Under the pieces are notes generated by a model that made no database searches, was not told the DNA's origin, and saw only the letters and a list, made by a program, of their open reading frames with translations. This document shows, in pieces, positions 40,422 through 48,757 of a DNA stretch of 64,000 nucleotides (positions are counted from its first letter, which is position 1; every line of letters begins with the position of its first letter). A program made the translations under genes and the position numbers. Source of the DNA: a virus (lineage: Duplodnaviria; Caudoviricetes). The DNA lies in IMG/VR virus record IMGVR_UViG_3300020576_001287, positions 1 through 64,000 of that record; one strand, given 5' to 3'.

Positions 40422-40855
40422 TGAGAGTAACTAAAGACAAAAACATACATACAGTGGATATAAGCAAACCCCTGAATAAAAAAGAATTGCTGGCCTCAGT
40501 AGCTGCTGATGACTGTTATACAAGGGAGTGGAAGCCTGATGACAGATTATGTGTATTGTGTGCCAGCAACACCATTTGCGGTATCTTATACAACCACCGG
40601 CAGAACAAGAGAATCAAGAAGATGGAAAAAGAGGAGGGGGGTTTCTTAGATAGCTCTGACTTTGATGGGATAGACAGGGAAGCCCTAATAGAGTGGTTAA
40701 AGGTGGAACAGAGAACAACACTACAGCTAATAGCACACGTACAGGAGCTTAGTGATTGCCCAGATGAAAAGACAGTACAGTACTGGTGCCGGTCTTTTAT
40801 ACTTGAAACAAAAGGCATAGGTACTAAAGAGGGTAAAGTAATTGTAAAATTATAA
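40421..40855 (+). CDS. Hypothetical protein with Cys cluster
   Basis: DCY.REW...D..CVLC....ICG. Confidence 0.6.
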   Translation: MRVTKDKNIHTVDISKPLNKKELLASVAADDCYTREWKPDDRLCVLCASNTICGILYNHRQNKRIKKMEKEEGGFLDSSDFDGIDREALIEWLKVEQRTTLQLIAHVQELSDCPDEKTVQYWCRSFILETKGIGTKEGKVIVKL

Positions 40856-40860
40856 CTGGT

Positions 40861-41088
40861 ATGAACAGAGCAATAGATAATCAAAAGCCTATGGATTTGG
40901 AGAACCCAATTCCATTAAACAGTATTACAGAGTATTTAGGAGCTTGTGCTACGTATAAGATTCTGATGCTTAAAAAGGCTTCCGTAGTGGTGCCCGATCC
41001 TGCTGAAGACGAGGTAAAGCAGTGTCTTAAAAGGATACAAAACTTTGAAGAGCTACACTTTAACAACAGGCCACTAGGTAGAATATGA
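40861..41088 (+). CDS. Hypothetical protein
   Basis: Tiles in the operon; ATGA overlap with the next gene. Confidence 0.5.
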   Translation: MNRAIDNQKPMDLENPIPLNSITEYLGACATYKILMLKKASVVVPDPAEDEVKQCLKRIQNFEELHFNNRPLGRI

Positions 41089-41447
41089 TAAAGGTTATTA
41101 TAGCCGGAGGCAGGGACTTTGATAATTACCAGGCACTGGAAGCAAAGTGCGATAAGTACTTATGCAATGTAGCTAAGACAGAGAGAATACAGATAGTGTG
41201 TGGTGAGGCAAATGGGGCAGACAAGTTGGGTAAACGTTATGCTAAGAATAGAGGATATAGCGTTAAGCTGTTCCCAGCTAATTGGGATTTGTTCGGGCCT
41301 GCGGCTGGGCCATTGCGTAATGGGGAAATGGCAGACTATGCTAGTGTACTTATAGCCTTTTGGGATGGTAAGTCAAAGGGTACAGCCGATATGATAAGAC
41401 AAGCCAAGATAAATAAGTTAATCGTTAGAATCGTAAAATACAGATGA
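41085..41447 (+). CDS. SLOG-fold protein (DUF2493/YspA-like)
   Basis: VIIAGGRDF...CGEANGAD...ANW...AAGPLRN.EM....IAFWDG.SKGT.DMI. Confidence 0.85.
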   Translation: MIKVIIAGGRDFDNYQALEAKCDKYLCNVAKTERIQIVCGEANGADKLGKRYAKNRGYSVKLFPANWDLFGPAAGPLRNGEMADYASVLIAFWDGKSKGTADMIRQAKINKLIVRIVKYR

Positions 41448-43570
41448 GCATTAATGATTTAAGAAACCCATCATGCAGGGCTTGTGGGCTACGTAGGGAC
41501 TGTAAGACTATCTGCAACATGGGTGTAGATGACTTGATAAGCGTAGAGCCGGAATTGGGGGCTATGATGGTTATAAGTGATTACCCAGCTTTAGAGGATG
41601 ATGCTAACGGTACAGTAGGGCAATCATCTAAAGAGGAATTATTTTGGTCTGTAGCTAAAGAAGTGGTAAGGGTAAATACGGACTACATATACTTTACCTA
41701 CGTTAATAAGTGTATGCCCAGGGAATCCCACAAGGTGACTGATGATGAGTTGTTTGCCTGTGCTTCTACGTACCTGAGAAAAGAAATTAAGCGTGTGCGC
41801 CCAAAGGTTATACTTCTTATGGGGGCACACGCTATGAAAGCTTTGGGCTTTAAAGGAATAGTGGGTAAGATGCGTGGACAGACCCATACGCTCACATTCA
41901 AGTTTAATGGTGAACCTTTTGAAACTAAGGTAGTTATCACCCAATCCCCTGTGTACGTAAAGTACAATACCAGCGAGTTAAAAAACTTTGCCTCTGACAT
42001 AAATAAAGCCTGGGGAATATCCAACGGTAGCGAGGTGATGAGGGATTCACCGACTAAAGTAACTTTAATAACTAACCTACAAGAGGTAGAGGAGTTGATA
42101 GGTTACATACATGAAACCAAAGAATGTGCTTTTGACTTTGAAACCACCACACTAACGGACAGAGGTATATTTGATCCCAACTTTAAGGCTACGTTAATGG
42201 CTGTGTCTTTTCAGCATGGTTCGGCTTACACCATACCCTTGTTTCACTTTGATACCCCATTTACTGAGAAGCAAGTACTACACATTTTAAAAAGGTTTTC
42301 AGAAGAGGTGTGGATGAATAAAAGTATCAGGAAGATAAACCAAAATATAAAGTTTGATATGCACGTAGCGGCTCGTTACGGCTTTCCTGTTTTTAGAGGT
42401 AGGTTAGATTGCACTATGGTAATGCACACCCTGTATGATGATCTTACGCGACATGGTATAAAGGAATGGATACCTACATTCTTTCCGCAGTTTACCGGAT
42501 GGGAATTAGAGATAAAAGGTAAGGAGTGGGAGAAGATACCGTTAAAGCAGTTATCAGACTATGCAGGGGTGGATACAGATGCTGCCTTACGTGGTTGCAC
42601 AGTACTGGAACAAAAGTTACTTGAAGACCCCCGTAGCTACCGAATATACCGTAACCTATCTGTGTTTGCTTTAACCACCTTGTATAACATGGAACGTAGG
42701 GGCATGTTGATAGGCAGAGGGGAGATTACAAAGTATGCAGCAAGGGCTGTAGACCTTTTGAAACAGCAGGTGGATATAATGAATAAATACCCACAGGTTA
42801 AACATTTTGTAAGCGAAGAGGCAGAGTTGGCAAAGCAGAAAGTATTAGTAGAGCTACGGGAAAAGAAATCCAGAGCAAAAGGCAAGCAGATAGACAAATA
42901 TGCCGTTAAGATACGGGAAGTAAAGTCAGGGGCTATATCTGTTTACAAGGGTATAAATTTTGGTAGTACACAGCAGCTTGGGGAGTTGTTATACACAGAT
43001 GCTGGGTTTAATTTCAGAGAGCCTTATGATAAGAAGAAAAAGAAAGCAGGTAAGGTTACGGGGGAGGCAGTACTAAAGAACCTTGGGGATAAGACAGGCT
43101 TTATAACAGATGTTCTTGTATATCGTTCTATAAAAACTACCTGGAGCCGGTATTTAAAGGGGCTTGGGTTACTGATGGATGAGCATGACAAGGTACATAC
43201 CACTTTTAAACAAGCAGCAGCCCGTACAGGCCGTCTTGCGTGTGTAGGGGTAGATACATTAATACACACTAACATAGGGCATGTACGAATAGGGGATTTA
43301 ATACCGGAGTGTGAGGGTATTGATGAGTGTATGTTAGGTATAGAAGCACTAACACATACAGGAGAGTTTAAACCTATAACACATGTTATAAACAAGGGAG
43401 AGGAGGAAATGTACAGAGTAGAGATGCACAGTGGGCAAATTATTGATTGTACCATGCAGCATATATTTTATACGGACATTGGTTGGAAAAGTCTGAAAGA
43501 TATTTTAAATTCGCAAACAGAATGTAGAATATTTTATGAACTCACAGATTTATCCGACCCCGAAGTATGA
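41444..43570 (+). CDS. polA: DNA polymerase A N-terminal part (family-4 UDG-like + 3'-5' exonuclease + thumb) fused to split-intein N-fragment
   Basis: CRAC..C and NKCMP UDG4 motifs; AFDFET, NIKFD, YAGVD exonuclease motifs; ARTGRLA then intein Cys1. Confidence 0.9.
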   Translation: MSINDLRNPSCRACGLRRDCKTICNMGVDDLISVEPELGAMMVISDYPALEDDANGTVGQSSKEELFWSVAKEVVRVNTDYIYFTYVNKCMPRESHKVTDDELFACASTYLRKEIKRVRPKVILLMGAHAMKALGFKGIVGKMRGQTHTLTFKFNGEPFETKVVITQSPVYVKYNTSELKNFASDINKAWGISNGSEVMRDSPTKVTLITNLQEVEELIGYIHETKECAFDFETTTLTDRGIFDPNFKATLMAVSFQHGSAYTIPLFHFDTPFTEKQVLHILKRFSEEVWMNKSIRKINQNIKFDMHVAARYGFPVFRGRLDCTMVMHTLYDDLTRHGIKEWIPTFFPQFTGWELEIKGKEWEKIPLKQLSDYAGVDTDAALRGCTVLEQKLLEDPRSYRIYRNLSVFALTTLYNMERRGMLIGRGEITKYAARAVDLLKQQVDIMNKYPQVKHFVSEEAELAKQKVLVELREKKSRAKGKQIDKYAVKIREVKSGAISVYKGINFGSTQQLGELLYTDAGFNFREPYDKKKKKAGKVTGEAVLKNLGDKTGFITDVLVYRSIKTTWSRYLKGLGLLMDEHDKVHTTFKQAAARTGRLACVGVDTLIHTNIGHVRIGDLIPECEGIDECMLGIEALTHTGEFKPITHVINKGEEEMYRVEMHSGQIIDCTMQHIFYTDIGWKSLKDILNSQTECRIFYELTDLSDPEV
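43241..43567 (+). mobile_element. Split intein N-fragment (109 aa)
   Basis: CVGVDTLIHT.IG...I.DL (block A), TMQH (block B TxxH), GWK.L; ends at a stop with no HN. Confidence 0.9.
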
Positions 43571-44531
43571 AATTGCTTATGCTTATGATGGGCACAGGTT
43601 TAGGGATATGCGAATATTAACTAAAGAATACTTACAGGAAGTTTACGTAGACACAGGACTAACACGTAAACAAATGTTTAAAGAACTTAAAATAAGTGAA
43701 CACATGTTACATTGCTCTTATATTCATTGGTATAGCGCAGAGGAAAGAAAAATTATAGGGGGTAGAAAAATAAGTGCCGCACAACGTATAAATAACTCAA
43801 ACAAAATTAATACAGGGGTACCTAGGGTACTTATACCAGTAGATGTTTTACAGGGGTATTTAGATGCCAAACACTCACTTGAAAAAATGTCACGGTTATT
43901 AAACCTAGCACCGCAAACTATAAGGGCTAATCTTAAGCATCATAGGTTAATAGATCAGTTAGTTAAAATGGGGGTTCCTTACGAGAGGGTTATAGCAGCA
44001 AAAAGTTTAGATAGTTTTATAGGTACTAACATACTGCGAGGTTTAGAGGTGGTTAATGTAGACCTATTTTCAGAGGACGTTAAAGTTACTTTACGTGACC
44101 TTGTGTATGCGGAGCAAGCTTTAACCAGTATGAAACACACTATAAAGCATATACGTACTGGGGTAATGGCAAGATTTGCAGCAAGAGGGGTGAAGCTTAC
44201 AGATTATAAATTACCTGGAAGTACTCTTAATTCTACTGTCAAGTTGCTGCTAACAGAGTTAGGGTATGACGTAGTTGTAGAATTTGAAGTGCGGGGAAAG
44301 TTTTATGATTTTAAATTTAAGCGGTACAAGCTGTTGTTAGAAATAGATACTCCATATTACCATAATACAGAAGAGCAGTTGGATAATGATAAATTAAAAA
44401 CCAAGATAGCTAAAGAAAATGGTTATATGCTATTGCGGGTTTGTACGGACAAGAAAGATAAAAAAATAACTTTAAAAAGAAAACTAGAGGCATGTTTAGC
44501 ACCACTACGATTAAAAAGATTACCCCAATAG
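43536..44531 (+). CDS. Free-standing Vsr/DUF559-like (PD-D/ExK) homing endonuclease between the split-intein halves
   Basis: HTH-like N-terminal repeats; EFEVRGKFYDF...LLLEIDTPYYHN.....ND..K...AKENGYMLLRV. Confidence 0.8.
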   Translation: MNSQIYPTPKYEIAYAYDGHRFRDMRILTKEYLQEVYVDTGLTRKQMFKELKISEHMLHCSYIHWYSAEERKIIGGRKISAAQRINNSNKINTGVPRVLIPVDVLQGYLDAKHSLEKMSRLLNLAPQTIRANLKHHRLIDQLVKMGVPYERVIAAKSLDSFIGTNILRGLEVVNVDLFSEDVKVTLRDLVYAEQALTSMKHTIKHIRTGVMARFAARGVKLTDYKLPGSTLNSTVKLLLTELGYDVVVEFEVRGKFYDFKFKRYKLLLEIDTPYYHNTEEQLDNDKLKTKIAKENGYMLLRVCTDKKDKKITLKRKLEACLAPLRLKRLPQ

Positions 44532-44605
44532 GTGTAAGGACTGTAGCAGATATAACAGTAGCTGACAACCATAGTTATGTAGGTAATGGCATTGTGTCTC
44601 ATAAT
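44492..44605 (+). mobile_element. Split intein C-fragment (38 aa)
   Basis: MFSTTTIKKITPIGVRTVADITVADNHSYVGNGIVSHN followed by Ser. Confidence 0.92.
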
Positions 44606-45499
44606 AGTGAGACTCCAAACCTACAAAATATAACTACGCACGTTAAGATTAAGCACCCATTTGTAGAAGAGGTTACAACTTCTGTAAAGAAGTGTTTTCT
44701 TGTACCCAAGGGCTATACGCTTATTAACTGGGACTTTTCGCAGGCAGAGTTACGCATGATTGCCGACCTTGCAAATGAGGTTAACATGATTGCAGCATAC
44801 AAGGCCGGAGTGGACTTGCATAAGCTTACTGCATCTAAGCTTATGAAGATAACTTTAGAAGAGTTCTTACAGTTACCTAAAGTGGAGCAAGACGAATGGA
44901 GGCAGAAAGCAAAGGCAGCTAACTTCGGTTTGATATACGGACAATCTGCTGAGGGCTTTAAAGATTATGCTAAGAACACCTATGGGGTAAAGATGAATTT
45001 AAAAGAGGCCATAGAAATACATACGGCTTTCTTTGTAGCATACCCAGCCATACTACAATACCATGAAGATTACATAAACAAGCAGAAGCAGCATGGTTGT
45101 GTAAGAACGGTGTTTGGGCGTAGGGGCAGATACCCAGATGTAGATAGTGTAGATGACTTTTTGAGAGGTAATGCAGAACGTGAGTTGGTTAACTTTCCGG
45201 TACAGGGTAGCAATGGCGAGAATACAGTATTTGCATTAGCACTACTGGAAAGAAGGTTACCAAAGTCAGTACAATTAGTCAATACAGTACATGATAGTAT
45301 TATGGCGTATGTACCGGACAGGTTGGTACCATACGTTGTTAAGGTAGGTATAGATACTTGTGTTAATACCCCTATGCTTAGATTCTTTGGTAAGCAAATG
45401 AAACATCTTAGTATGGCTGTAGATGCTCAGTTTTCTAAAACAAATTGGAAAGCTTTAGAAAACTGGGACGAAGAAAAGTGGAGGGAAAGTATATGCTAG
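44492..45499 (+). CDS. polA: Split-intein C-fragment fused to DNA polymerase A C-terminal part
   Basis: After HN: SETPNLQN; motif A WDFSQAELR, motif B RQKAKAANFGLIYG, motif C VHDS. Confidence 0.92.
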   Translation: MFSTTTIKKITPIGVRTVADITVADNHSYVGNGIVSHNSETPNLQNITTHVKIKHPFVEEVTTSVKKCFLVPKGYTLINWDFSQAELRMIADLANEVNMIAAYKAGVDLHKLTASKLMKITLEEFLQLPKVEQDEWRQKAKAANFGLIYGQSAEGFKDYAKNTYGVKMNLKEAIEIHTAFFVAYPAILQYHEDYINKQKQHGCVRTVFGRRGRYPDVDSVDDFLRGNAERELVNFPVQGSNGENTVFALALLERRLPKSVQLVNTVHDSIMAYVPDRLVPYVVKVGIDTCVNTPMLRFFGKQMKHLSMAVDAQFSKTNWKALENWDEEKWRESIC

Positions 45500-46287
45500 G
45501 TAAGTTAATATTTGGTGATTGTTTAAAGGTATTAAAGCTTATACCAGATGCCTCGGTAGATATGATATTTGCAGACTTACCCTACGGTACCACAAAATGC
45601 AAATGGGATAGTTGCATAGACTTGGGCGAGCTTTGGATACAGTATAAAAGAATAATAAAAGCTAATGGGGCTATCTTGCTATTTGCTCAATTACCATTTG
45701 ATAAGGTATTAGGGTGTTCTAATTTGGCTTGGCTTAGATACGAATGGGTGTGGGAGAAAACACAAGCTACGGGGCATCTTAATGCTAAGAAAATGCCTAT
45801 GAAAGCGCACGAAAATATTTTAGTATTCTACGAAAATATGCCCATGTATAACCCACAGAAAACAACAGGACATAAGCCCATAAATACACACTATAAACCA
45901 ATACATGTGCAAAATAGAACAAAACTATACGGTAAGGCAACTAAGTCTTTATCAGGAGGCGGGGAAACAGACAGGTATCCAAGAGATGTACTAAAATTCA
46001 GTTCAGATAAACAAAAAATGAAGAGTACAGAATTTATACACTCTACGCAAAAGCCTTTAGCTTTGGTGGAGTATATGATACGAACATATACAGTACCTGG
46101 TATGCTAGTTGTAGACAACACATGTGGTAGCGGAACTACTGGCGTGGCCTGTGTTAATACAGGTAACCCGTTTATACTTATTGATAATGATATTGACGAG
46201 TATAGGAAAGCTAAGAAGAGAATACAAAAACATATAAATGGTACTGACGTGGTTTTTAAATGTCTTTTATTTGATAAAGTAACTTGA
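45493..46287 (+). CDS. Orphan amino-DNA methyltransferase (N4/N6, beta class)
   Basis: GDCL, IFADLPYG, HSTQKP..L, VVDNTCGSGTTG; no cognate endonuclease adjacent. Confidence 0.85.
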   Translation: MLGKLIFGDCLKVLKLIPDASVDMIFADLPYGTTKCKWDSCIDLGELWIQYKRIIKANGAILLFAQLPFDKVLGCSNLAWLRYEWVWEKTQATGHLNAKKMPMKAHENILVFYENMPMYNPQKTTGHKPINTHYKPIHVQNRTKLYGKATKSLSGGGETDRYPRDVLKFSSDKQKMKSTEFIHSTQKPLALVEYMIRTYTVPGMLVVDNTCGSGTTGVACVNTGNPFILIDNDIDEYRKAKKRIQKHINGTDVVFKCLLFDKVT

Positions 46288-46289
46288 AT

Positions 46290-46328
46290 AAAATTTTGTT
46301 GTTTTGTAAAATTTTTTATTTACTTTTG
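46290..46328 (+). promoter_or_regulatory. Promoter GTTG-N19-TACTTTTG with overlapping inverted repeat
   Basis: Near-identical to 36180-36218; a palindrome variant abuts it at 46275-46287. Confidence 0.7.
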
Positions 46329-46348
46329 TTTAATTAAAATCAATAATC

Positions 46349-47644
46349 ATGGACTTGAACGCTTTAAAAAAGAAGCAACAGCAGCTTGATTCTCGGTCTG
46401 GTAGTGACGGGTTTCTCAGCAGAAAAGATTTAACAGCCGATGGTATGGTAGTTCGGCTTGTACCCCCGTCACCGCAACTTGACGGCATGTTTCACCTAGA
46501 GGTAAAAAAGTACTGGTTCCCAACACCGGACGGTAAGAAGCAGGGTATTATATGCGTAAGCACATTCGGCAAGGACAGCGTTATAGAAGAAGAGTTGGCA
46601 ATGGCTAATGAATCTGAAGATGAAGAGCTGTTGGAGTTGGTACAGGAAGTAAAGCTACAGTCTGAGAACTGGATGGGAGTTTTACAGTTGGTGTACAAAA
46701 AAGACCGTAACGATAACGTGATAGGCGTAGAAGTTGTGGACGGGCATGGTAAGATATTGCAGGTACCTAACACATGCCTCAATGCAATTATCAAGCTGGC
46801 TACAAACAAAATGGCCCTTAAAGAACCTACCAAGCATGGTAGCACTGATGGTATCGCTGACCGTGAATACGGTAGCAACATGCTTCTCTCTAAAACCGGT
46901 AAGGCACTATCCACCAAATACGATGCTGCTTTAGATGAGCAGATGGAGATAGAAGAAAAGTACTACCGTGATCTGCCTGACGTTTACACGGTTGCTAAAA
47001 ATCAGATGAAGTCTGTAAGTATGCAACGTGCTTTGATCCGTGAATACCTGTATGGGGAAGCTATACCCAAAGCTGTAAAGGCTAAGGAAGATGCCAGGGT
47101 AGAGGCTCTGAAAGCCTCAAGACCATCTACGGTTAAGAAGAAACCTACAGCAGCATCTGATGACGATGATGACGAAGACGAGGCACCAGCCCCGAAGAAA
47201 AAGGCAGCTAAGAAACCTGTGGAGGAAGATGAGGACGAAGATGATGAGCCGGCTCCGGTTAAGAAGAAAAGTAAAAAGCCTGTTGATGAGGATGACGAGG
47301 ACGAAGCACCTCCATTTAAACCAGTCGGAAAAAAGAAAGCTGCAATACTTCTGGATGCTGATGATGACGATGATGACTATGAGGTACCTGCTACCAAAAA
47401 GGGTAAAAAGCAATTGGAGGAGGACGATGATGACGATGAGCCTATACCTGCAAAGAAAAAGGCTACACCACCAGCTCCGGCTAAGAAAGCAGCACCGAAG
47501 AAGAAAACAATAGTAGACGAAGATGATGACGAGGAGGAAGATATACAGCCGGTTAAAAAGAAGTCATCTGCGCCTGTAGCAGGTAAAGGAGCAAAGAAGA
47601 CAATACTTGATGACCTGGATTTAGACGAGGATGATGACGAATAG
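46349..47644 (+). CDS. Probable single-stranded DNA-binding protein (T4 gp32-like) with a ~170-aa acidic/basic disordered tail
   Basis: VVRLVPP, aromatic-rich core, DGIAD...G.N..LSKTG...TKYD; poly-D/E and KK blocks after about aa 260. Confidence 0.65.
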   Translation: MDLNALKKKQQQLDSRSGSDGFLSRKDLTADGMVVRLVPPSPQLDGMFHLEVKKYWFPTPDGKKQGIICVSTFGKDSVIEEELAMANESEDEELLELVQEVKLQSENWMGVLQLVYKKDRNDNVIGVEVVDGHGKILQVPNTCLNAIIKLATNKMALKEPTKHGSTDGIADREYGSNMLLSKTGKALSTKYDAALDEQMEIEEKYYRDLPDVYTVAKNQMKSVSMQRALIREYLYGEAIPKAVKAKEDARVEALKASRPSTVKKKPTAASDDDDDEDEAPAPKKKAAKKPVEEDEDEDDEPAPVKKKSKKPVDEDDEDEAPPFKPVGKKKAAILLDADDDDDDYEVPATKKGKKQLEEDDDDDEPIPAKKKATPPAPAKKAAPKKKTIVDEDDDEEEDIQPVKKKSSAPVAGKGAKKTILDDLDLDEDDDE

Positions 47645-47662
47645 TAAAAGCAACTAATACCA

Positions 47663-48151
47663 ATGGCAAATTTTAATGACACATTAGAAATGCAAGGGGA
47701 GCTATCGAAAGATAGCTCCTCTATATTTTTTCCGCACTTCCGCATATACCAGCGATACCTTAAAAAGTTTGCTGGGCAGGAGCTGATGGTAAAAATTGAA
47801 ATACTACGCCACAAAAGATCGGATAAACAAAACCGGTACATGTGGGCGGTTATTGTGCCTTATGTACAGCACTGGTTGCATGAAACAGAGGGGAAACGTT
47901 ATAAGCGTGACCATGTGTATAGCTGGATACGTATTTCCCTGCTTGAAGAGGAGCCGGTAATAGTTACTATACAGGGCAAGGAGATGATAGAAATGACAGG
48001 TAAGCGGTTCTCACAGATGAGTACTAAGGAGTTTGGAGAGGCAGTTGATACCATACGTGAAAAGATGCTAGAGCGAGGGGTAGATATACCGGAACCAACT
48101 ACAGATAAACGAAAACATAATTTTCCTCACGAGTTTTTAGAAGACGAATAA
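47663..48151 (+). CDS. NinB/Orf-like recombination-associated protein
   Basis: KRSDKQNRYMW...STKEF.E.VD.IR......G.DIPEP. Confidence 0.6.
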   Translation: MANFNDTLEMQGELSKDSSSIFFPHFRIYQRYLKKFAGQELMVKIEILRHKRSDKQNRYMWAVIVPYVQHWLHETEGKRYKRDHVYSWIRISLLEEEPVIVTIQGKEMIEMTGKRFSQMSTKEFGEAVDTIREKMLERGVDIPEPTTDKRKHNFPHEFLEDE

Positions 48152-48152
48152 C

Positions 48153-48410
48153 ATGATACCAGTAGACTTCCCAGGCTGTAACAAGGTATTTACTAGGCCT
48201 GCTAATATGACAGATGAACAATGCGGTAGCTTATATTGCATGGTAGCGGTAACTGAGGATGGAATACCGCTAACCCGCCAAGCTTGGCAACCAAACAAAG
48301 AGGACATAGAGGCTATAAATGCTGGCAGGCCAATATTCATAGACTTGCTCACACACCATATACCCCCTGTTGCCGTATTTACTTTTGATGACAAAGGAGA
48401 GATAAACTAA
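48153..48410 (+). CDS. Conserved-type phage hypothetical protein
   Basis: PVDFP..N....P...C..L...W.P..ED...IN.G.PI.......PPV. Confidence 0.6.
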   Translation: MIPVDFPGCNKVFTRPANMTDEQCGSLYCMVAVTEDGIPLTRQAWQPNKEDIEAINAGRPIFIDLLTHHIPPVAVFTFDDKGEIN

Positions 48411-48420
48411 AGTAGCTTTA

Positions 48421-48756
48421 ATGGAACCTACAGTTATAGCCGTAATTGGCACTAGGTATTTAGGTGAATATGAGGTATTCAAGTCTCACATGTTTAAGCT
48501 ACTTGCAAATTTCAGAGTAGGCAAGAAGTATAAAGAAGTAGAAGTAATATCCAGTAGCTTGCAACCATTAGACATATTCCCCATAATGTGGGCCAAGAGG
48601 CGTAGGATATACGGGGGCAATTCTGCTACCGTAAAAGAGTTGTTAGGTAAGGCAGATTACATAATAGCATTTTGGGATACTCGCTGTGAGGTAGTAGCTG
48701 ATGTTGTTCTACAGGCTAGGTTAAAAGGAATAAAAGTTAAACTTATAAAGCATTAA
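48421..48756 (+). CDS. Second, degenerate SLOG/DUF2493-like protein
   Basis: IAVIGTRY...ADYIIAFWD....ADVV.QAR.KGI.V parallels 41085-41447. Confidence 0.55.
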   Translation: MEPTVIAVIGTRYLGEYEVFKSHMFKLLANFRVGKKYKEVEVISSSLQPLDIFPIMWAKRRRIYGGNSATVKELLGKADYIIAFWDTRCEVVADVVLQARLKGIKVKLIKH

Positions 48757-48757
48757 C

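Noticed and set aside
13141-47513. Met-rich alternative-frame ORFs 13141-13344 and 47160-47513
   Set aside because: By-products of (GAT/GAC)n poly-Asp codons read in another frame.
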